Shown: piece after piece, positions 12,670-24,600 of the stretch
How positions within the stretch are numbered: position 1 is the stretch's first letter
Layout: each line of letters starts with the position of its first letter
Assembly (NCBI GenBank): GCA_004022145.1
Contig: RCNU01000003.1
Source of the DNA: Paecilomyces variotii
Taxonomy: Eukaryota
Reading direction: 5' to 3' (one strand)
Length of the DNA stretch: 64,000 nucleotides
The notes under the pieces: model-generated
The model's database searches: none
What the model was told of the DNA's origin: nothing
Seen by the model: only the letters and a program-made list of their open reading frames with translations
Made by a program: the position numbers and the translations under genes

Positions 12670-15633
12670 TCACAGACTCATGGTCAACCACTCCCACTCC
12701 TGACTGCCACCTTGGCCTGCAGCAAGACTGTGATTCGCAGGGTTGGCTGCCGCTGGTTGCACTGCTGGGGCAAGCGGCACGACCTTGGACCTCGACGCTC
12801 CCTTGTCTTCACCATCACCCTCCTGCAATGAACTGGTCGAGCCCTTTTCCAGTCGTCGTTGACGTTTAGGGGCTACCTGGACGGATGCACGACTTTGACT
12901 GGCACCGTTCGAAGGGGCAGGCTTCGGGGGAGCCGCCGCGATGGGCACAACACCACCCTTGCCGGAGCCCTGGAAGCTAGTCGGAGTAGTTCCGGCTGTA
13001 GATCCACTGGAGCCTTGCATGGAAGGCGGAGATTCCGACGCTGTCGCGCTCTGCGGCTTGCCCGAGGTGGGCGTCGTGAGAGGAGCCTGGGCGACCGAGT
13101 TCTTCCTGCTGCCCTTCTTTGACGAGCGGGTTGAAGAGACTCCAACAGATAAGCTGTTACCGCTACCTCTGTTGCGCTTCTTAATCACATCCGTCTTCAG
13201 GGAAAGAGGTCGCACCACTCCGTGCAGCTTCAGGAAAAGACCACAGGCGTTGCAAAGAGGCTGGCCCTCCGGATTGCGACGCCATAGCGGTGTTGTCTGC
13301 GTGAAACAGTTGGTACAGGTAGTGGGCGTATTGCCCTGCTCGCCGTTCTTGGAGCCTCCTGGGCTGGCAGGCCGGGAAGGAGCAGTGCTGTTGAATCCGG
13401 ATTCTGGCGGCGTGTTGGGTGAGGTGAGGGACTGGTTGTTCATACTCTGATGAAGCAGCTGCGTAGTATTGGGGGTGGAGATGGTGCGGGCAATCTTCTG
13501 CCTGCGGGGATCCTGCTCACGGTTGCGGATTTCGCTCACGGATGCTGCAGATCCGTGAGTCCGGCCGAGACTGCCACCCTGGTTCCAGTCTCTCGACTGA
13601 TCCATCATGTCACCGCCAATCGTGATATGCTTCCTGTGCTGGCCGTTGAAAGTAGGCATCGAGTTGAACTGGCCAAAGTGAGCATCCCACTGGAGCCCCG
13701 TGTTCAGGTCGAGGGAAGCATCATCGACCGAGTTGAAATCCGTGTGCATGTTCATGTTGCGGTCAGAGAAAGCGTTGCCATCCTCATCCTCGTTGTCGGA
13801 GTCTGCACCGAAAGTGAACATATTGTCATTGCTGGTTAAGTTCAAGCCATGATGGGACGGACCGGCCGAGAAGTCACCACGACCCAGAACGCGAGACGGG
13901 TCGACATGCTGCTGCGGCATGGAGAAGCCTGGAGACGGGATGTTCGAGGGTGGACCGCTCAAGGAGTTAAACCCTTGGTCATTGTTGGTATTGAACATAT
14001 AGCGAGGCTGCACGGAGGACGAAAGGTTGGAGGATCGGTGAGAAGCATAGTTAGGGACCCGATGCTGAGTACGGGCATCTATGGAACTCTCAAAGTACAT
14101 AGAGTGCTCATTATCGAAGCCTGGCTGAGGAGTCGAGGCGGCCGACTGATAGCCGGAGGGAGGAGGAGAGTAAAAATCGGTAGAGTTGAGCGAAGAGCCC
14201 ATGGGGGTGTTGGCGTAGACATTAGCAAATGGTCCTCCGCTTGCCATCGGAGAGTCCGTGGGGGAGAAGGTGAAGTTGTGCTGGTACGGACCAGCCGAAG
14301 TCAAAATCGGGTCGTCATTCAAGTGGAAGGTATCCAGGTTGAAAGGCACACCCGGCGAAGTGTGGCTGTTGGTAGAGTACGCGGAGTGAGGCTGGTCGAG
14401 CTGGTAATCCGGCATTCCAGAGTCGAAGTCGGCGTCGACGGGGATCATCAGATTGGAGACCGGGGGGACCTGAGGAGAAGATTCGGCTGGACGCTTGCGA
14501 GTCTTGTCATTTGTGTTAGAATCCAGGATCCCCGTCCACTTCACGACGGGGTTGCCGCTCACCTTCCGCTCGTCGACACTGGTCTTGCGAATCCGTCGTT
14601 GGACGTAGCTGAATTCCCCGTTCTTGCGCTGGTCTTGAGGCGGGTGAGGTAACGACGCAGGAACCAGAGGCCCATGCGACGCGGTCGCCTGATCCTTTCG
14701 ACCCTTGATGGGGATGGCGGAGGCGACGGCGTTGTCGGATGTCGAGCCTTTGTCGGCCGACGGAGAAGCCGGGATGCCAGAGGGAGAGCCGATCGAGGAG
14801 GGGATTATGAAGTCGTCCAGGTTCATAGGATCCGCCTCCTCGTTGTTACTGTTGCCAGCGTTGGTCGCTGTGTGGTCGAGCGACTTCCGCAGCTGTGAGA
14901 TCCCGCCCGGTGTGGAGGTGTTGGCGGTGCTCCTGTGGTCAATGCTGTTTCTCTTCTGCTGGGCCAGTCTGATGAAACCCACCCAAGTCAGCCAACCCTC
15001 CTAGGCGGTTGCAAGGCAGCAGAAAGAGGAAGAGAGCACAGGAAAAAAGAGGGAAAGAGGGGAGAGACAAGAAGGGCCGGTGCGCACGACGAGCAGAAAG
15101 ATAAGAGATGATAGATAGCAGGCACAAGAACTAGCGTCCTGCACGTAGCTTTCGAGTGCGAATAATACATACCGAGCCTCACGTTCTTTACGCCTCAAAC
15201 TCATCGCCATCATCCGCCAGGTCAGATTCTCCATGCGCTCCTGGTTTGGAAGCTGGGTCTTGGTGCGCGTGTACAGCTTCCAGATTTGCGTGGCCAGAGG
15301 GTCTTTCTTCTGCATCTCATCCGGATCCTCGAGGCCCTCCCGGGGGTTGCCATGCTTCCAGTCGGGGAAGACGGAGTCGGGCAACCCCCCGCGGGCGAGA
15401 CTGGCAGCGATTGGGAACTCCAGCTTGTCGTTTGGTCGACTGAGGTCGGACGGCGTGAAGGAGGAATCGAGAGACAATTCCTGTGACGACGAAGGGGAAG
15501 AAGGAAGGAATTGGGAAGAAGAGAGATCGGCCATCCAGGTCGAGGTGCTTGGAGGGAAGAAAGACGAGGAAAAGGCGGCCGTGGTGCTGCAAATGGTCTC
15601 GGTTCCCCCACGCTCTCCATCCGCCCCGGACAT
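12670..15633 (-). CDS. areA: GATA-type nitrogen regulatory transcription factor AreA (NIT2 orthologue)
   Basis: ATG 15633 (MSG...). [11 protein letters not shown]...[12 protein letters not shown]-terminal domain, GATA finger [50 protein letters not shown], and the diagnostic C-terminus [10 protein letters not shown]. Introns 14969-15172 and 14503-14562. Confidence 0.97.
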
Positions 15634-18600
15634 GGCCAGGCGGGAATGTTGCGGTTGTGGTGTTGTCTGGTGTAGGAGAGAGAGGGAGAGAGAGACTTTG
15701 TAAAATAACAGGGAATCCAAAAGGGCGAGACCAGCGGAACAATAGTAAGTAGTAAAAGCAAGCAAGTAAGTAAGTAATAATACGGGATCAACACCGGCCG
15801 GGATGAGGAGGGGGAGAGCAATTCCTTTTTACCGTCCCGCCCAAAGGTGCTGACGCCTCTCCGCGCTGGAAAGTGAGAGAGGAGAGTAAGTAGTCAGTAG
15901 TGAGTGAGCCAGTCAAGCATAAGTAAATTAATTGGATTAAATTAAATTACCGGCTCTTGGTCTCTCTCACTCTCTGACTCTCTCTCTCACATTCACTACT
16001 CTCTTTCTTGTGCTTGTCTTCGGACGGTGCCCGCACTGGGGCGCCTCTTTTTTTTTTCGGCTTCCACGGTGGAGGGTAAGTTAAAAAACGGTGCGTACCG
16101 GTACGGAACAGACGCACTTGTCGGCCCTAGTCAGAGATTCTTTTTTAACGCCTTCGAGGCTAGAACGAGTGCGGACAAGAGCTCCACGCAGCCAGGGATC
16201 TCGAGTAGTAAAGCAAAGTGGTTAGTTAGTTCGTTCTAGGTGGCTTGGTTGGCTCTGTATTATTTCCACCGTGCCGGCTGGTCGGGCACAGATGCACGCT
16301 ATACTAGCAAGACTAGCGGGAGCAGGAGGAATTAAATTGTACGTAGTAATAAAAGTGAGTAAACAGGCTGGAAAAAAAGATGAAAGAAAGGAAGAACAAT
16401 TGACGACTCTTTTTTCTTTCCAAGCTGAAATAAAAGACTGGCCATGACGGCAGGATCGTAAGCGGCGCAAGTCGTCACCGGAGACAGGATGGACCACCGA
16501 AGGATCTCCCGGGTATGACGAAGGGGATCGCGGACATCAAAAGACTTGGTTGCTCGAGTTAGTGCGTCAACAGAACCAGACAGTAGTCGAGTCAAAGCGT
16601 CTGGTTGATTGAACTATACTCTACTCTACTCTACTCTACTAACTACTGGCTCTCTCCTGGTTCTGGAGATGTCAGAATAACCACACCCTATGATCCTATA
16701 GACCCCTCTTCCTGTCATACTGTAAGATCTCCGGACGAGCCCAGAACATCCCCGGCAGAGTTTCGATGGAGAGAGCGGGAGGTCTTCTCGAACATCGAGG
16801 GTGGTGGTTGCGCCAGGCTGATTCGGCCGTGGAAAAGGCAGCACTGCCCGTGGTCATCGATGCTCGGTGGGGAGAGACAGGCCCGTTAGTCGTTTCTGTC
16901 GTGCAGGCTAACTAGTGTGTTGGAGAAGGGGGGCCGGAGGGTTGAGTTGGGTTGACTCTCTCTGAAGTTAAGTTAATCCATCGTGAGAAGGCCAGCAATG
17001 CAATGCGATGCGATGCGTGCGAGTTGCCTTGGTGCGACAGCCTTGTTGTGCGGCCGATGGGGGTGGGATGTCGGGGAGTCAGGAAGTAATACAGCAGAAG
17101 AAGGCTGCATGGAACTTCCATGATAATTACATACCAGACTCTACTCTGGTCATCTTACATCCTGGAAATGAAACGGTATCGTTAATCAATTACCGTCTGG
17201 TTTCTCTCGCTCTCTCCGTTGCCGCCTGTCAGTGTTTCAAGGAATCTCTATGGCATGTTCATTAGAGAAGAGAAGATCAGTTATTGTATGTATATACATA
17301 CATACAATAATACTATATCTGAGGAGCAGAGATGCACTCGAATAATAGAGCAAGCCATCCTCAGCCCGTATCCATCATAATGGGTCCATCTCCCTGACTT
17401 TCCACCTCGTGGCAGCAAAAGTGGCGAAGGCACCGATCGGTTCGCCTCTCCGGGCGTTCGTTTGCCCGCCACAAGTCAGCATGTTTCGTATCGAACGCCC
17501 GTTCCACTCGGGCTGATTCCGTATACGGCTTGGGATCCTGTGCCTCTCTTATTCTTCTTCTCCTTCAGGATTTAACTATGTTGTGTTGATTACAGCAGAA
17601 ACCTGCCTTCCCATCGCTTCGTCTACCCGTCAACACATTCTGACAGGTACATTATCCTGTCCGCCTCCCGAGTCTGGAACTTGTTCCTTCATCTCCGGCC
17701 CCGCTGTCTTTTCCCCCACCATTATCTCGATAACAACGACAACAACCCTACTCCGTAGGTTCGTTCCTCAGCATTCCTCCCCTGCACGAGGTGGCTGCTG
17801 CTACTGCTGCGCCGTAGATTATTGCTCTTGCAGACGGTCTAGCAGCATGAAACAGCAGGCAATAATATAACGCCTGCAGCTCAGTGCCATCCCGAAGAAA
17901 AGCCTGGTCTACAAGAGGTATAAGGCCCGTTCATAGAGGCATCCACTGGTAGCCTAGCACTAGTTCCAACAAACTGCTGCTTCGCCTATATCTTTGCTCC
18001 CTGATACGTCCATCGAGTTATATACCATAACCATACTCTCCCGTCCTGCGGATCCGCAATATTACCACTAGATGCGCACTACCACTTAGCCGACGAGTAA
18101 TGTCCACTGCCGGAATAGAGTATCACTATTATTATTATTGTTGTTGTTTGTCTCTGTTGACGAGCGCTCTGACGAACAATGATGTCCATGCGTCTATAAT
18201 CATCACTGCACTGTTCTTTCTTTCTTTCAAGAAACACTGCGTTCCCAACTTGCTTTTTGCTTCCATCGAGTCGCATGAGATCATTACCCGGCCGACAGAC
18301 AAGCAGGGATGTGATATCACCCTCGTTGACTCGCCAGGAGCACGCGACGATCTTGCAGATGCGTCGATCGGACCCAACGTCGAAGTCACAACGGTCATTG
18401 TTCTGGACTGTAGGGCCACGAGCTCAACGACGGGGATATCGATTAAACTTCCGATGGCTATCGTCTATAGCATCTCGTTGGCCACACCACAACGCCAACT
18501 ACTTCATCTGAGTATATCCTACCAAGCATCTGGACCCTTTCTTTTCTCATGAAAAAGTATTAGCCCCCCCCAGTGACAGAGTCTCATCTACCATACGCAC

Positions 18601-21600
18601 CACCAACCGTGCCAGGAACACTGCCTGGTCCCCACTGGCCTGAACCCTCCGTCGAACGCTCAGACCTAAAGGCCCAGTTTATTACCTTCTCCCAGCACCC
18701 GCCACAAGTGCAAAGTCCACGCAGTGCACTGTGAACCACACCCTCTATTAGGCAAAGCACCGACTCGATCTGATTCTTACAACCCATCGCCTAGACCCAG
18801 GCATCTTAGGTCTAGTTCTCAATTTTCCCCTGCAGCTCTCTCTTGCTGGTCCATGCGTACGCTCGGACTGCCGCTATTTTAAGCCACCCGCACAGGTCCG
18901 TATCACTATCATCTCTGAGCAGAGCAGCGAGAGCTCGTCTCGATAATCCGTGAATCTGCCCCCTTCTGGCTCCCATCGGGGGGTAGTTTAATATGACACG
19001 GTCCAGTCCAGGATACATTTAATTTAATAATAACAGTGACCATTTATAATCTACCTCTATCTATACAATCTGATCTCGGCAGAAAGAACAGAAACGGGAC
19101 TAGTCCTGGCGCCAATCTACCCGACATGCAGGTCATTGATAGTCAGAATGAAACGGATTACTATATCTTATAGTTAATAGTTAATAATTATCAATAATCC
19201 TAGTCCCGACCTCCCCGGAGACGAGCACCGGCAATGCATTATACCACCGCACGGGCCGTGTTGTCCGGCAACGACGTATTCCGACTTTTTTTTTAAAACT
19301 TGAGATTCTAGACTCGTTTATGTAGATGTAACTAAATGAGAGTTACGCGGTCGGGTTGTGCGTACTCTGTGATTATTATTATTATCCTTTACTTCCCACC
19401 TTGGTGTAGAGTGTTCGTTTCATAATATATAATGATAACAGTTGCAGTGATAACAGTTTAACTAACTATTCATTCAGCATTGATATTCGCTCCAGTCGAC
19501 GTATGTATAGAATACACTTGTAGGGAAAGAAAGAAAAGTCTTTGCATTCTAGCTAGATACACATACTGAGAAATCCAAGGATAACTTAGTTAATATTATC
19601 ATGCTACTCTTGATCCTTATATTCTTAACTATTCTAATTTATTTTCCCCATATACTTTTAGACTCATAATAACTATTAACCTCAACTCTACAGAGTAACT
19701 ATAACTTAACAAGCAATAATACATCCCATCTCGACCCAGACCACCAAAAAAACAGAAAAAGTACGGTAATTACCCTCCGAACCAATTAAAACGCCGGCAT
19801 TCATGGATTCCGAGTCAACTTTTCCCTTAAACCCGGGTGTAACCCAGCCCAGCTCGTTAGGACTCTTTCTCTCCTAGACAAGCTTTCATTACTTATTTCG
19901 AAGATTTCATTTGTTCCCCCCTTTTTCGACACGACTAAGCGGGGGGATAATAATAATGGTCACTGGGTCAATTACTATTGTTGGTTTAAATATCTAATTG
20001 ATCCATAAAATAGAAATAAGTAAGTTCCAAGGTTGAAGTCAGAAAGTGGAGAACCATGGAGATGCCACTATTGCTACTGTTCTACAGTACCACTCTAGAG
20101 TACCATGATTACTACTATCTGGAGTACCATGTGTTTCTTGGGGACTCTGACGTACGCTATATGCTGTGGGTGGTTGGAATTTAGACTTGGAGAGACGTAG
20201 TAGTAGTAAACAATGCGGCTGGAAAAAGTGGTCCCAGGTGAGGGTCTACAAAGAGTGTCGGTTATGTCCGCCCGTTAGAACTTGGGTCTGATGTATCCTA
20301 TCTGTTAAGCTCCATCTACACAGGTTGTGACTCGAGATGAAAACAGGAAATTGTACTGTGAATGCTGGCAGTTGGTGGGCTAGGGTCATTCCGCGGAGAC
20401 TCGATAATAATAATGTTACCCGTCCATGATCTTAACCTGTCCAGGAACAGCAAGGAGGAACGCGAACAACTTCTCTAAATGCAGCCAGCATCTACTCATG
20501 GGCCCGACCCTCGATGCGGCGGTCATTACTCCGTACTGTAGTTAACTACTGCTGTACTTTCGTTAATAATTATCTGGACTCGGTAGGATGTCCGACACGG
20601 GCGGGTCCAAGTTAGTATCGAGAGAGGGGTTGTCAGACGGAGTTAACGTCGGAGCAAACCCGCCCGCGCTTAACTTAGACTCCCTATCTTACCCGATCAT
20701 GGTATGGACGCCGTCACATACGCCGTATGTATGGTACCGTAAATAACTCCCCGCTGGTATTTTGTCGTCACTTACTACGGGGACTTCCGAACTGCGAATC
20801 AGCCATCCGGGGATGCTGATGGATGACCACATGGAGGTGACGCAGAACAGAAAGAGCAACGCCGATCAATGACTCGCTCATTAGAACTGTCTTACTATCC
20901 GTAAGACAGTTCTGGATGTTCTTCTGGCGAGATCAGAATCAGCCTCCTCAATGGTCAGCAGATGTTTCCTGTGTTCAGGTCCATGCCGCTCCATAGTGCA
21001 TTGTATATACTCTTTCTCAGGTACCTGATATCCATTGAAAACAACTACTGGCGCAGTGTTTCCGACGGCGCAGCAGCTGAGCAAGTGGTAGCGACCTGAC
21101 GCGGATACCTGGGACCAGAATAATATTCAGCCGACTCAAACGCACTGATCTTCCGGAAAAAGGCTGATGCATTGGTTGCACTGCATGGACTTGGGGACTA
21201 TTGACCATGCATCCCACGGCCGTTTAGATCAATTATGCCAGTTCAAAGATGAAAATTGGGGTCGGGTAATGCGCATGAAGACCGGCAATACCTCTCTTCT
21301 GGTGAACCTGCTCCGAGCCGAGTCAGTGATCCTCTGCACGTTGTAACTATCTGGATTCCCGTTAGATCGTCATCGACGGTCAGAACGTGAGCTGTTTCCA
21401 ATTTGAGGACCTGTTCATGGTGCTTCTAATCTGTGCTGTAACTCCAGACGAGAAGATCGTAGTCCCGCACGGATAGGTTACACTCGTCGAGTCCCACCCT
21501 TAGCGGCGGTGAGCATCCGCTCCAAACATCCTATGAGAATGGTATCCCTTGTAACCAACGCGCCCGTGTCTAATAATAAGCGGGATTGAAGAGGACATTT

Positions 21601-24600
21601 CAGATCCGATAATAGCTGCCGCAGATTTGATCGTGTCGTCCTCCTCTAGCCATTATTTGAGCTTTGACGAACGATGCCAATGGTCCAGCGCCAAGATGAG
21701 GTCGCAAGATAATGCAACAACAGAATTAAAGTTCGACAGCGGCTGTTGCGACGGTTTCGGCCGCCCCAAGGAAGGGCGAGTAACACTAAATAGTGGACTT
21801 CGATAGTAGTCGTGGCGCGCGCCAGATAATGATCGATTATCTAGTTCCGGCCGGGCGGATTCACTCAACGGGTTGACCGGCGCTCGAGCAGCTCCTCTCG
21901 CGTGTGCATTCTGTTGATCGCATCCCAAATCCTTTCGAGGCTGACGAACCGGCAGTGTCAGATTGGTTAGTGGTTTCCATTGAAATGTCGCTTTGCTTTA
22001 GTGACGGCCAATCCTAACAGAGTTAAAACCAAAGGTGAAGGTGTCGCTGGGCCGGTAAGTCCAGAACAGTAATGGTATCTCTTCCACGCGTCAATCAGAC
22101 GGATGTCGTGTGCTCTCCGATCCAACTTACTCCAGCTCCCCAATGCTTATCAGCGGCCAGGATTGGGCCAGCTGAAGAGCTGGTGGCAAGGGAGTGGGCG
22201 AACAGGATAGGGAGAGACAGCCAGTTAGTGCCGGGGTGGACCCTAGAGGCTGAGTTGCCGAGAGCGGAAGCAGCATCGGGTCCCGATCGACAGGTCGGGA
22301 AGCGAACAGTGAGAGCTCCCGAGTCGACGGCCGGCCCCTGCGTCCTCAGCTATCTAGTCCATTATTATTTATTAGTTAGTGTGTTATATCTTGCGAGGTT
22401 GGGCGCATGTGACAGGGAGATCCGTACTGTATGCGACCGATCGTCCATACGTAGACGACCCTTTTAGCCGGAGCAATAATAATGAGGCGCATCGTCGCGC
22501 AGCAGTCGAAAGCAGATGGAGATTTGCGGCAGAGCGCTGAGGAGTTAGCCAGAGAAGAGTAGTAGTAGAGAGTGAATCTGGTCAAATCAATGCAGTGCGG
22601 GATGGAGACCAGGATGGGAAAGCGAGGGCCAACTCCAACTCCAACGACCCCCACGCTAGCCCCGGTTTCTTCCCTGCCATAACGAACATCCCCAGTCTAA
22701 TAATCCCTCCATCCTCTCGTCACTCTTCTATGCGGCTGCTGCGGATAGCTGAAAACCCATCTGTCGCGCATTTCAAATCATCCTGTGGTCCCAGGATGAT
22801 CAATGTCTTGTTTGAATATGAGCGATGCATCCTGTAGATGATCAGTGCATTTGGCCCTGGTGCCTCTTGCGACTCACAAGCGCAACAGCGCCCCAGTGGC
22901 TTACAGCCATCAAAGTTCGAAGTCTCAGTGGTATAATTACCGCGAGTGTCTCTCAGTATTGGTCTATCCATGGATCCACGGATCCACGGACACCAGGCGG
23001 CTATGTCACGATGGCAAAGCGTCCTTCGTCATCCATTTTGATCTACCTTGCAATCAATGTGCGACTGTCTCTCATTCAGGAAGAGAGTCAGGTGTCCATA
23101 GTGACCGTCATTGACGATTACCGGTCGCAACATGCAGGCATAATGTCTTCCTGTGCTCGATGAGTAAGAGCCAAGCCCATGTTGCACAGCCTGATCCTCA
23201 AGTCTTCCAAGCGTCCATCTAGTGAGCCAAGCCCATGATCAGAATGCCCGTGACTGTAGACTATGTTACCCTGGGCCTGTAGTAGTAGTTCAAGCCTCGA
23301 TCAGACTCCAGACTGTCTCTCTGATCGGAGTAACGGAAGCTGAGATATTCCGGCCATCATAGTCAAAGCAGTCCAGGTCGATGCAAGGCAGATGCGACTC
23401 TTCTGGGGTTCTCGTATCGAGTGTTGAAGGTAGAACCAAGTATCAATTGTTCTTCCGGGGCAGATCTGAGGCCCTTTGGAAAAGAAGGGACTCTCCCTAG
23501 TCTTATATGGTGCAAAGCAGCTAGGCTCGTCGCACGCGAAAAGACGGTGATAAGGTGTCATCCACGAATGATGGGCCCTCGATATCGGTGAAGTCAACGA
23601 CTCGACCAGAGCACACAAACAAAAGAGAATTTTTCGTTTTGTTTTTTGTAGCATCAAGCCCAACCCCAGCGAAACCTGTCGATCCTGGACAGCCGGGATT
23701 CGGGTTCCTGTTTCGGGGAAAAGGGCAGAGTGATGCGATACACTATTTGCAGTCCCCAGTCCGGAGGATCTTCGAGATAAGAAGAAAGGGGCAAGTCGTG
23801 CTCTTTAAAAGTCTCACATTGGATGGTTGGATCGGGATATCTCGTCAGTTTGTCAGATTTGCGCACAAGGTCTTGCGGATCCATGGGCATTATTGCCAGT
23901 CGAGGATCTGTTTTCTTATCTTTGGGGACCTGCTGCGCTTGAAGTCAATCAATCGCCTGAAAACGTCTTCTCCACGGCCTCAGAGTTTCACTTTCTTTTT
24001 TGTTTACTCCGGTTTCGCTCCCCACCTTTTACCTCTTCCATATCTCCAGATGCTTTTTCTATCTTAATGTTTCTTTTTCCGGTCTTATCTCTTTTTCTTG
24101 TTACATCAATTCAAGATAACACTTCCATGGGTGCGCAAGCTATCTATCTCGCGACTACACCGTGGTGAGATGAGGCGGGCAACCCTGAGTGATAAGATAG
24201 AACCTGGTTACGTTTGAAAACTGACTATGCATTACTGCTGAGATCATCTTCATTATCATAACCAGTGGGTATTGCTTTCCAGTCCACACATAGTGCCTTT
24301 GCATTCGCCACTACTACTGAGACTGGAGTCTTCTGTTTAGCTCGTTGTTTCTGAATGCAGGCATATCGTCGTCCACAACCATTTTGGGTACATTGGACTA
24401 CGGCTTACCATGGTAACTCACTAACCATTCCATTATCGGAGTCCGTATATTCCCTGACGTGGCTGAGGAACTCGATACCCAGATCTGTGAGACGTGCAGC
24501 TTGGGAGATTGCAATGCGGCTCAGTGAACGCTCCTAATTGGATATCCAGTTGTTCATATCGCTGTGTTGTCTATCTCTAGAGATAGGAATAATGCAGGAA

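Noticed and set aside
13849-14652. 267-aa plus-strand ORF and other long antisense ORFs over areA, NCS1 and the hydrolase (e.g. 42348-43109)
   Set aside because: These are antisense shadows of GC-rich real genes with no recognisable motifs.
23168-23238. 14-bp direct repeat GAGCCAAGCCCATG; also GAGTACCATG repeats near 20100 and a small hairpin near 20716
   Set aside because: Only two short copies with no array structure, so compatible with local duplication or chance. Not CRISPR-like.
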